A stretch of DNA of 64,000 bases from contig NC_047079.1 of assembly GCF_902459465.1 (NCBI RefSeq), forward strand, positions 11,594,001-11,658,000. The letters are read 5' to 3'. The position numbers and the translations under genes were made by a program. The notes below the pieces were generated by a model, which made no database searches, was not told the origin of the DNA, and saw nothing but the letters and a program-made list of their open reading frames with translations. This stretch comes from Asterias rubens. Lineage: Eukaryota. Shown one piece after another: positions 35,636-47,187 of this stretch (position 1 is the stretch's first letter; every line of letters begins with the position of its first letter).

Positions 35636-38600
35636 TCAAAACTTAACTTGATTGAGCCCAATATGGGACACCACCTTAGTTACCGTAATGCCTACACTAC
35701 TTCTTCTTGTTACCATGGTACTTATATTGTTCCAGTGGTGTGTTTTGGGATCATAGCGCTCCACACTGTTTAGACTGCTACTGCCGTCGTTTCCCCCGAC
35801 AACGTAGAGTTGGTTGTCCATGGCAACAGCATCATGGGTGCTCCTAGTAGGAGTAATCGTCAAGAACAAGATTTAGATTTTGTCAAAAGAAATATTGTGA
35901 CAAATAAATAAACCAACGAAGGTGTGGTAAGACTGGTCCCTCTTTCCTGAAACCCCCCACCCGCCCCCAACAAGTTTTGTTGCACCAATTTGAATACTTA
36001 TTACCAATCCCTTGGTCAGTATCGTTTTGATTTGGTCAGGTTTGCAGTAACACCATGTGCAAATCTCTGTTTTTAGTACTGATGTTTCCAAAAACAAATG
36101 GTGGTTGACAACTCCACCGGTTCTATTCAGAACCAACAGTACTCTAAAAAGAGAAATTTTCACATGGTGCTACCACAAACCTCACCTAATTATACTCCCA
36201 CTAAGCAAGTTTCAAATCCTACTTAATGGAGATATGCATAAACTCTTTTTAAGTTCACTCCATGCCTGTTTTTTTTAGACAAGGCTACCTTATTTAGTGT
36301 AAACGGATAAAAGTGGGGGTGCAAATGCAAGGCGTCTCTAGACTTCCTCTCTTGCTCAAGGGGTGCAATTTGAATGGATAAAGATGCGTTTCTAATGAAG
36401 AACTCAATGCCCTGTTTTTATCTAATAGATTTATGCTTTTTCTTTCAGGCCCCATCTTACCTCCTGACAGACATAGACGGAACCGGTTCCCACAGGTTGA
36501 TATCCGGATTAAACCGCTCTGCACTACTCAGACAAGCCGCTCCATCATTCCCACCAACAACATAAAGAGCGCCCTCAACCACAGCTGCTCCAGTGCTACT
36601 GCGTCGGCTGATCATGTGCGGCATTTGTACCCATATGTTCGTCTGTGGGTCGTAGCGTTCAACGCTGGAAAGGTGACATGAGCCGTCGTAACCTCCGATC
36701 GCATACAAGCAACCGTCTGAAAAAAACCCCAGTAAGTTTGACAGATTTGTTCAATTGCACACTGTAAGGTTGACATGGGCCCAATTTCAGAAAGCAGAAA
36801 ATACTGCTTTGCAAATTTCTTTGGTCGGCAAAAATTGCTGTGCCCCTTCATGGCTTGAAATTACGTTGAGCATTTCCATTGACATGTTTTCAACACGAAT
36901 GACATTTCAAGTAATTTGCGTTTACCAATGACAATTTTTGGTCATAGCCGGTTCACCTACCCATGACAGTGACTTTCACATAGCGTCTTCTAACTGACAT
37001 AGCAGCTACTGAAGTCCAGGTGTTAGTCAAGGGATCGTATCGTTCCATACTGTTCAGACAAGACGCTCCGTCGTACCCACCCACAGCATACAGAAGTCCA
37101 TTCAGGACCACCACACCTAAGCTGCTTCGCTTGGTACCCATCGGCGTTACCTCTTTCCATGCGTTTGTTTGTGGGTTGTAACTTTCAACTAAGGCCAAGT
37201 CAACTGTACCGTCGTATCTGTTGGAAAAATGGAAAGAAAAATTATCTCCTTAGTGAGCAACTCCTTTTACAAACGTAGTGTGACCAGGCACTTTAAGTGA
37301 CTGCCCCCTCTTAAGTTAACTAATTGTTGACTTAGCAGCAGCCCACCTGCTGAGGGTCTTGTTTCCCAGGGCATGGTCAGTGTGGTCAGCCCCAGCTCTA
37401 CCCCAGGTATAGTGTAGCTATTGTGCAACTAAGTCATTCCATTGCAAGTTATCATCGTGTGTGCAAGTAATTTTTCCAAGAGTCTCAGAGCTATTCCAGT
37501 TTCAGAGTTATTCCCATCCTTGTTATACTTACGCATCAACCCTTTTTTTTAATCTTTTGTGCTTGTGAATAAAATACTTGTATAAAGAACCAATCTTGTC
37601 GGGTCACAGTAGTGAGATAACATAATCTACCTAGCAAGTAGTGAACACCTGGTGCTACTGCAAACCCTACCATGCATTACCTCAAAACCCACGTAGTAAG
37701 ATAAGTTATGAGTTCTAATGGGATTGGACAAGGACTTATATTTCACTTTAGGCAAAGCATTTTTAAAACTGTCATGACAGCAGTTTTGAATAAAAAACCA
37801 AAGACATGTCTACAAATATTTGTTTACTTTTCTTGAATGTAGTGTTTTCAGAAACCAGCTCTTACAAACTTCCCCTACCGTGTCACGCTTAAAACCATTT
37901 GTTTTTTTTAAGAACTTGTATATATTACAAACTTTAAAACAATCAGACTGCCAACATAGACGTGGCGTTTGATCAGCAGAGTGTGGGTTCGAATCCCGGT
38001 CGTGACACTTGCTACATAAAATTGGGGAGGTAGTGCTTTCAGCTCTACCGGCCAGGCTTCGGACTGATGATACCCAAGCCTACATCCGTATGAACTGTAA
38101 AAGGGGTAACCCTGTTTCAGCCCTAGGAGTAGGTGGCAACGACCTCTGGACAAAAATAATTGTAGCCCACATCTTGAAGTGGCCTTCAGGCCTTGTGTGT
38201 CTGGCGACTTGCATAAAAAAATATATATAAAAAAATAGATAGCTCAGTCAGTAGAGTGGCACGCTAAACCGGAGGTTGTTGGTTCAAATCCCACTCTAGT
38301 ACATTTGTCTTTGTTCAACCGCCAATCATTTAAAATTAAACCAGTCAGTTTCCCTTGTGGTTTATTATTTAATAAATGTTAAAAGAAACAAGCTTAGTTG
38401 TGAACAACCAAAGCAGTTTATCTATTGGTTTACAAGTTCAAGTCCTGGCTGTTGTCACACTCATTCAAATAAAACTCACCCTCCGACTGCATACACCAGC
38501 CTGCTGATAGTAGCTACGCCTAGTCGGGCTCTCCGGGTGCTCATGGGTGCTAACGCGTGCCACGTGTCACTCCGTGGGTCGTAACATTCACACTCGCTAT

Positions 38601-41600
38601 GAATTGCGAATAGGCTACCACCGCCTGTAGTGGGGATATATCAGAGATGATCATAATGAGATGTTGCAAAGTAAAGAAAAGGATAATCATCCAGGAAAAT
38701 TTCAATCAGAGAGCTTTCTTTATATTCCATTTACTTAAGCTTGGTGGTCTGGTTAGCCGGTAGTGGTATCTTTCCTTGTCTTCTACCTCTAGGACCCCCA
38801 ATTCAAATCACACCGGGGTACTATGTGGAGTGGGTTTTCAGTCCATACCCAACTGCATGGGTTTTCCCTACAATAATTCTCTGGGGGTTTTCCTCCCACA
38901 TCTAAAACTGAAACTTCCTTCATTGTCTTCTCTCTATTTGGTTCTTGGTAAGTACAGTGATTAAGTTTGCTTTTCGGAGAATCCTTGACTTCACAACCAA
39001 AATAAATAAAGTTTAATGAAATTAAATTTCTGATCAGCAAAAGATCTTTTGCGGATTTATGTATCAAAATAAATGTTGATACTGATGATTATCATCTATA
39101 ATTCAAATAAATCAGTGCTGTTTCACAAATAGGAATTCAGGCCTTGACCTTCACTCTTGAAGGGGCATGGCAATTTTCCTCGGGTAAGAGGAATAACTAT
39201 GAGGAAAATGTAAACTTGTATTGGAACTTTGTAAAGGACACCACAACAAAAGCACAGGGCACCATGGCAATCGCTGTGGGTGCGAAGGGTTATTTTGTCG
39301 ATGTTGGTGCCAAGGGGTTATTTCGAGGGCTGTGAATTCAGTTTTAATTTCGCTTGCGACTCTACCAATAGAGAACAGCATGGGTACACAGGCTGAGTTA
39401 TGTCTCTCTTTAGTTCGGGGTGTCTGCATTGAGGCTCGCTGTTCTGGTAGCAAGTGATACTTCAACGCTTCAATCAGGAAATCTTTACACTCGGGGCTGC
39501 CTCGGATAATCGGTTCCGTCTCAACATTGTTGACTAAAAAGTCTCGGGTGAGGAGAGGTAGACGAACTAGCTCCATCAACTGTGGAGGAAATATTTCGAA
39601 AAAGAGGAATATAATTTGGTGTGATAAGGCCCTATTGGTGTGTTACATAAACTATGATTTCAAAGCGGGTGCTGCAATGATTTGAGTAGGATTTGAAACT
39701 TTGCACGGTTGAAGAATACTTAAGAAAGCTTTGCTGTAACACATAATATCTCTTTTTAGTGGTGTTGGTTATGAAAAGAACTGGTGGTTAACGACTCATC
39801 ATTTTGATCAGTATGCTCTGATCGTCTTCAGGAGAATGCTGAAGACAATATTTGGTTTTTGCCTGTCGCATCGGTGGTGTAAGGTAAAAAACCAAACCGA
39901 ATTCTTTATCCCCGATGCAAAATTCACATCCCTTTTAAAACTTAATTTGGTTACCTTGTCAACATATTTTAGTCGGGGTTGTAGATCGGTTCTCACCCAC
40001 ATCACTACTGCGTTGAAAACGTCTTCCTCTGACGTTATGTTTAACTGCTCACTGGAGATGAGTTGGGCAACCTGTGAGAATATATGAAAACAAATCTTAG
40101 ATTTTGTGTTTAAGGTGATCTAAAGACCTTATGCATCGTCTTGTATGTATTTTCTTATTCTTAATATTTATGTGTACAGTGTAGGACAAAGAATCTCACG
40201 ATGTTTCATAAATGTTACCAATGAATGAATGAATGAATGCGCATGACGTCATTTGAGTAGGGCGCCCTCGCACAATTCAACAAGAAGGTTGCTTATTGGC
40301 TTAACCTTGCCTCCCAAACAGAAAAATTATGTTCTTTGCCAACTGCGTTCATTGTAGCTCTTGATAAGTAGGAACAGAGCAAATAATTTTGCAATTTATT
40401 GAAAGACTAGAAAACCAAGTTGTTAGGACTTCAGGGAATTTTAATAACAGGGGTTGATTTCACAAAGAACTTAGGACTAGTCCTAGGACTCTTTAGGAGT
40501 TATCAACAAACTTAGGGCTAGTCCTAAGTTAGGACGAGTTTAGGACATGTTACTCGTTCTAACTCAAGATAAGACTAATAGCTCTTTGTAAAATCCTCCC
40601 TTGCTTTGGTTTAAGTTGGTTGTCTTTTGGTGATTAACATGTAGATGATGACAGCTTTTTACCTCATCAACAGGTAGATGAAGATACTCCTCTGTATTCA
40701 CAACATGATTAAAATTCTGCAGCGAGTAGAGAAGTGATGATTGCTCCAAGTCGTAGCATCCGTGCATATCGGCAAAGCGTCGGATCCCGAGGCAGTTTGA
40801 CGGATCAAGCTGACCGAGGAGGAATTTACAGCAGGCATCGCGGACGCTGTGAAGCTGTAGGACACTGGCTGCTGGAAGGAGAGCCTAAATAAAACAGAAA
40901 GTACAACAGAGTAGGTAAGATTGCTTTCTAACAAATGTCTCCTGAGTAAAAGTAACCAGGAAACAGGATTTATGCAAGCAGTTGTGTAGCTGGGGAGAAG
41001 GGGCTGGCCCCGGGGCGCGCGCCGCCTTAGAGGGCATCGCGGACGCTGTGAAACTGGAGGACACTGGCTGCTAGAAGGAGAGAGCCTAGATTAAACAAAA
41101 TGTCTCCTCAGGTAAAATAAGCAGGAACCAGACTTTAAACATGCAGTCAGTGGTGCAGATTGGGGGTCTGGGTGCCGCCTTAGAGGGCACCAAAATGTCC
41201 AATGTCAGTTTTACGTTCTTCAAGGATATCTGCCTTTGGGATACACCTTGAGCAGCAAGTGACATCATTCGAGTGTGGCGCCATCGGCCAGAGGTAAAAC
41301 AAGTTCGCTCTTTGGCCCATCCATGTGCTGCGCGTACAAAGAGGTGCACACTTCTGTTTCATCATCATTCGACAGGGGATGACATCAATGAAAACAAAAA
41401 AGTACAGGGGATGAAAATGTTCCTATTTGAAAATAGGAACATTTCAAGATGAACAATGGCAAAGACCTTGAAAATCTCAGAATGATTAAGTTTTTAATTT
41501 CTAACCTGTACATTCTTCTCTCCAATGTTAATTTCTGCCGTGTACGCAAACTGAACGAGTTGTTCTACTGCACTTGCTTGGATGTCATGCAGGCAAACCT

Positions 41601-42718
41601 CAGTCTGTCGAGACTCTGTCATATTACCTAAAAGAAGAAAGTTTATCCAAGTTAGGAAAGAATGAGTTTACAAGTTACAACCATGTACTAATAAGTATCT
41701 TTTTTTGAAGTGACGGTTCCAAGAAAAACCAGAGGTGAGTGAAGTCTCAAGTTTGAAAACTTTATTGAACTCTGCTCATCTTGAAGAAAAAAAGCAGAGT
41801 GCACTTTGATTTGAATCACCTCTGATTCTTCTCAACCTTCTTCTTCGAAGATAAATGTTATGGTCACCAATACACCAGAGTCTTTTATTAAAGACACTGG
41901 ACACTATTGGTAAATGTCAAAGACCAGTCTTCTCACTTGGTGTATCTCAACATATAAACAAAATAACAAACCTGCGAACATTTTAGCTCAATTGGTCGTC
42001 GAAGTTCCGAGTAATAATGGAAGAAAACAACACCCTTGTCACACGAGGTTGTGTGTGCTTTCGGATGCTTGATTTCTGGACCTCAAATTCTAAATCTGAG
42101 GTCTCAAAATCAAATTAGAGGAAAATTACTTCTTTCTTGAAAACTACGCTACTTCAGAGAAGGGAGCCATTTCTCACAATGTTTTATACTATCAACAGCT
42201 CTTGATTGCTTGTTGCCAAGTAAGTTTTTATGCTAATAATTATTTTGAGTAATTACCAATAGTGTCCACTGCCTTTAAGTACACATCGTTAAGCTTCAAA
42301 ACACAACACAAAGGACACTAGAGACTTTGGATCTCCTCAGCATTTATAAACTGCTTCTTCAAATACCCTTTCACCTTCCAGCAATTTTCAATTTTGAAAA
42401 GATGATATATTTAGACTTAAACTCACTTGTAAACATTGCATGGAAGTATGCACTGCAAGACGCCAGGACCAACTTATGAGCCGAAATAACCTTGTCACCG
42501 ACTTTAAGTATGATGTCGCATAGTGTCGCTTGTTGACGCATACGATTCATCGCGACGAAAGCGTCGTTAGCGTGGCGCGATGCCCGGTGTGTGAAGTACT
42601 CTCCGAGTTTGGCATTCTGTGATGTACAACCCACTGGGCTGATTACCGGTGAAGCAGGGTGCCGGGATAGAGTCCGGTGGTGGGAAACTTGCACAGAGAG
42701 CTCCAACTTCTTATCCAT
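35636..42718 (-). CDS. KLHL17: Kelch-like protein 17 (actinfilin; BTB-BACK-Kelch), 9 coding exons, 610 aa
   Basis: Exons 42427-42718, 41506-41627, 40663-40884, 39955-40071, 39366-39579, 38480-38624, 36961-37217, 36461-36716, 35636-35843 (1833 nt). RHANDAFVAMNRMRQ, GGGSLFAIHSECECYDP and STHDAVAMDNQLYVVGGNDGSSSLNSVERY…TRRSSVG point to KLHL17 rather than other KLHLs. An in-frame TGA lies just upstream of the ATG. Confidence 0.93.
37969..38215 (+). mobile_element. tRNA-derived SINE fragment
   Basis: tgatcagcagagtgtgggttcgaatcccggtcgtgacactt is shared with the 48981 SINE. The 3' part is shared with about 17610-17750. Confidence 0.7.
41033..41190 (-). pseudogene. Degenerate duplicate of the KLHL17 exon 3 acceptor, first ~50 nt and adjacent intron (pseudo-exon)
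   Basis: 41033-41087 copies 40834-40886 with a 2-nt insertion and several substitutions. The flanking intron (aaatgtctcct…gccgccttagagggca) is also duplicated. Confidence 0.85.
41888..42278. mobile_element. MITE family A (opposite orientation)
   Basis: TTAAagacactggacactattggt…ccaatagtgtccactgcctTTAA. Confidence 0.85.
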
Positions 42719-43892
42719 TTTGAATTGTTCTCAGAGTCCTAACAGTTTTTAACTATCCAAAGTAAAAACTATCCAAACTAAAAACCCAACTTGTTGAGAT
42801 CTTCGTTGGACTAATGAGAATATCATTCACTCCATCAACGTAGTAGATTCCTGAGGGGGAAAAAACCAACAAAACAGACTTGAATTCATGCAACTTAAAA
42901 CAACTTATGTACTAAGTCAAAACTCATGTAAAAACAATAGACAAATTTAAGGGGAAGAGTTTCAATTTTATACTGCATACTGTATGAAGTTTTCTGTTCA
43001 CTGTTCCATGAATACAAACAATTTTTAACCACAAAACAACAAAGAAGTTTCTCATTCAAACAAGTAAACATGTAAACATGTTTACCATTGTAAGCTTGTT
43101 TACACATACCACAAGCTTGACCTAATCCAGAGATTACTTAACATTCTTGTAATCTTTTTCTCAATTATTTGGAGTTGAACTTTTAAGATACAGTTCAATT
43201 GATACAGTCAAAATATCTTGTTTGTTAAACCACAAAAGTACACATTTTTTACAATCCCTGGGATTTTGCACACAATAGAAAACCTTGGCACCATTTGTTG
43301 TTGACTAAACGTGTTGGTCATACACAATGAAAAGAAAAATTAGCTTAAAATTCCACAAGACCAATGGTCTGTTACGAGATAAACATCCTACATTTTTGTG
43401 TAGGGGTATTAAAATATTTAGTGGACGGTATCATGTAGTGTAAATGTGTGGGTTGTTAGGACTTTTAACTCAGGAAATTCATATACTTTAAATTCATATA
43501 CCATGCAGCACAGGAAGTGGTGTTCAGCAAGGCTTGATTTCCCTTGCTCCAAGATTCATCTTAAAAGTAATACAGACATGAAATATTTCAGCCTCCTATC
43601 TGATTTGAAATTCTGCCCTCAGAAAAATCAGCAAAATTGATATCAAATAGCTGTACAAAAAACCTATTGTACTGCATTCCCCCTTGTACTTGCTAGAATT
43701 GTCCTAACTTTAATTATTCTTTTTTTTCTCAAAGAGCCATAAATTATATTGTGTCTGGTCTTGGCATAGTGGATAGTAATGTGATATCAAACTTTGCTTA
43801 GCAATTAAGATAGATACACATCTTTAAAGATCAATCTTAGCATTTTTTGTGATATCAAGCCCTGTACATGTAACCAGATTTCCACTTCACCA

Positions 43893-44264
43893 TTAAAGCC
43901 ATTGGACCCTTTCGGTACAGAAAAAAAAAAAAAAGTTCACAGATTTACAAATAACTTACAGGGTTTACAGAAGGTAGTGGTGAAATACTTCTCTTGAAAT
44001 ATTATTCCATGAAATGCTTTACTTTTTGAGAACAGTAAAACAATATCAATTCTCGTTAACGAGAATTACGGATTTATTTTAAACACATGTCATGACACGG
44101 CGAAACGCGCGGATACAAGGGTGGGTTTTCCCGTTATTTTCTCCCGACTCCGATGACTGATTAAGCCCAAATTTTCACAGGTTTGTTATTTGATATAGAA
44201 GTTGTGATACACGAAGTGTGGGCCTTGGACAATACTGTTTACCGAAAGGGTCCAATGGCTTTAA
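43893..44264. mobile_element. MITE family B, TTAA-flanked
   Basis: Perfect TIRs and TTAA flanks. Very similar along its whole length to 1470-1842. Confidence 0.88.
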
Positions 44265-47187
44265 ATGAAGTTCAAAACGAATAATAGCTAAATCCTAATG
44301 ATATTGTTGTTAACAAAACTAGAATTGGGTCAGATGTTCATTTGAACAGGAAAGAAAAAAGGCTTCAATAAAATAAAATTTATAGAAATAAGTAATACAA
44401 AAAAAGATAGCAAATTCTTGTTTTTGAAAATTTATATTCAATCAAAGTAAGCAAATAACAATAGCCAAAGTGTTTATAGTTTGGTATGGTCACAAGTACT
44501 TAGTAAACCAGTCCTTCATGAATTTATCAGCCAATTGGATCAGTCCACAAAGTTCAAGGAGCTTAGCCTATCCATTGAATATTAAAACTAACTGCCCCAC
44601 GGATTTAAACCTTTTGAATACATTAGGTAATTTTGTAGGCTACAACTGCTTCATTTTTAATAAATAAAATTAAAGTGGGTTGTGATTTAATTGGTATATT
44701 GGTGACTTGTAATCAATCAAGGCAGGTTGCTGAACTTTATTTATGAACGAACTCATCGTAGCATGACCTACTTTACAAATTTGCCGGATATTACCCATGA
44801 TTGGTCACAAGGAATTTACTTGTTCAAAAGTGAGTGTTAATAACAATGAATATCTTTACCACATGTGCAGTACTACTTTTTTTTTTCAGGCGATGTTTTC
44901 ACAAATTCTCTCAATATTTGGGGATTTTTTCCCCTGGCTAATGAACTGAGCAAGGAAGAAAAACTTGACTATTTGGATTGAAGCGAAATTAACATAGCCT
45001 GAGAACTGACAAGGGTGCAGCACTCACACATAATTGACTGGTGCCATCTAAATTCATGTTAGTCCTGGGGCCAATTTCATAGAGCTGCTTAAGCAAAAAA
45101 TTTGCTTAAGCACGAAAATAGCTCGCTTATTTTACACATGTTACTGGCCAAAATTTCATGCCATAGGCCTATACATTGCTTAAGACTAGTATTTAGCTGT
45201 TGTTTACTTAGCATAACAATTGAGTGGAGTCTTGGCCGGTAATCTACCCGACCAAATCATACAACTTAAACTGCCCCGTGAAAGAATTGCAGCCCTCAGT
45301 CTGTGCCACCCTAATTGAGCTAAAATTATTAATACTTGATAGAATGACTCACTAGGGTGGGATTATTTTAGAGATTAGCTGAGTACTGATTTATAATTCA
45401 GGGTCTATTTTTGTACCATGTAGATGATGAGTCAGACGGGATGCAATTTCAGCTAGCTACTCACACTTACACTAGACAATAAGGCGTGAAGAGATCATTC
45501 AAATCATCTATGAAGGTGTAGAGATGGGATTTTAAGTGAGAAAGGTGGAAGGGGAATAGGGATGGGGGGGGGGGGGGTAAGTCAGGGGCGGATTCTGGCA
45601 GTGGCAGTCTTTCATTGGGGGTGACCACCCCAATGACCTGGCCCCATTTGTGGGTCAAACTCAGAATCCCAAGATTCAGAGCCACAAACACAAGGGGCTG
45701 ATGGGTAACTCGTCTCAGGACTCCTAGAACTATTACGGTTTCGTCCGGCTATTGTCTCGGGAGATGATAGCCGGACAAAACCGAAATAGTTCTAGGAGTC
45801 CGAGACGATAGCCGGACGAAACCGAAATAGTTCTAGGAGTAGGTAACTCTAACCCTCCATCCTCCCAAATGCGATCGACTGTCTGGAGGATCCGGAAGGT
45901 TACACTTACAATTATCACAACTATAATTTTTTTATAAGGCTATTGTTACATTTTCTGTCTGCAGACATAAGTAAGGTAGATCTACAATAAATATGCATTG
46001 GAAAACACGTTCAGAAACATACAATTAATAATTGTAATATAAAATTGTAACAAAAATGTAATATTAGGCCTAGCCTAGGGCAGCTAGGCCTAGATTTGTT
46101 CGTGCAATTTTTCAATTAAATATTAAAAACAATTATGTGAAATTTAACATGAAAATTGAAATCAAAGTCAAAGACACAAGCACATACTACAAAAACACAA
46201 ATTCAATGATTTTCACAGAATTCATACTTGCCTGTTCAATAACATGATCATCGCTCCTTATTTGGCATTGATCAGCATCTATTTCATTCATATCGCCACA
46301 TCCCAAAACACCATCACTGAACCGCTGAGCAAGTCGAGTTCGTCTGGATTGTAAATGCACCCCCAAAATAATACAAAAAACACTCATAAACCCGCCATTA
46401 CACAACAAAGACCCGCTAGTGAAGTCTTCTATTATCCTGGAGAAAAAACAGCAACAATAGAGCCAGCTGGTTGTTCCTTGTTTATTCACCATTCACTGTT
46501 CCACATTCAGACATAATCTGCTCCTCGCACCTGCTCGACGCCCCGGATACTGGTCGGGTACATTTCCTGCATTCCCCCCACCGATTTGGTCAGTCGACAA
46601 CCGGCCCGCCCGCCGCCTGGTCACCGGTAAATGTTTATCATTTTCTGCACCAATGGTTTCACGTGACGCTGTTGACTAAAATTTGCCCCAGGCAAAATTT
46701 GGTACAAAAACTGTGGTTTTAGTCACTGGCGGATATAAGCTTCGTTGTAAAATCAGCATGCCTGTTTGATGTGTTTCGGTTTGTGTTTTTAGAGGATGAT
46801 GATGAATTGTTTATAACATGAAAACGAGGCAAACTGAGAATGGAATTCATCAAGCCTCGAAATCAATCAATCAAAAAGGAAATAGTTTGACCGCTGATGG
46901 CGCGCCCAGCCGTCAGTGCTGCCTCGGAATAGTTTATAGGTTATACAGGGGTGTTTAATATTTTAGCATAAAATATTTATAAAATATTTAACCCCAAAAA
47001 TATCATTTGATGTTGTTTTTTTAAGATCGTACGTAAGAATTACTAAACAACGAACTTGAAGGGAGGCGTTAGTTTTTATACTGAATGAACTCGTTCGCAT
47101 TTAAATATTGTTTCGGACATACATCTGTTTTTTTCCCTATGGGTAAAATGGAATGGTCTAGTGACCCCGCCTATTACAGAACTCAAC

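Noticed and set aside
38237-38300. tRNA-like A/B-box sequence
   Set aside because: The stems are degenerate, and a similar decayed piece occurs at about 2615-2670, so it is a repeat-derived fragment.
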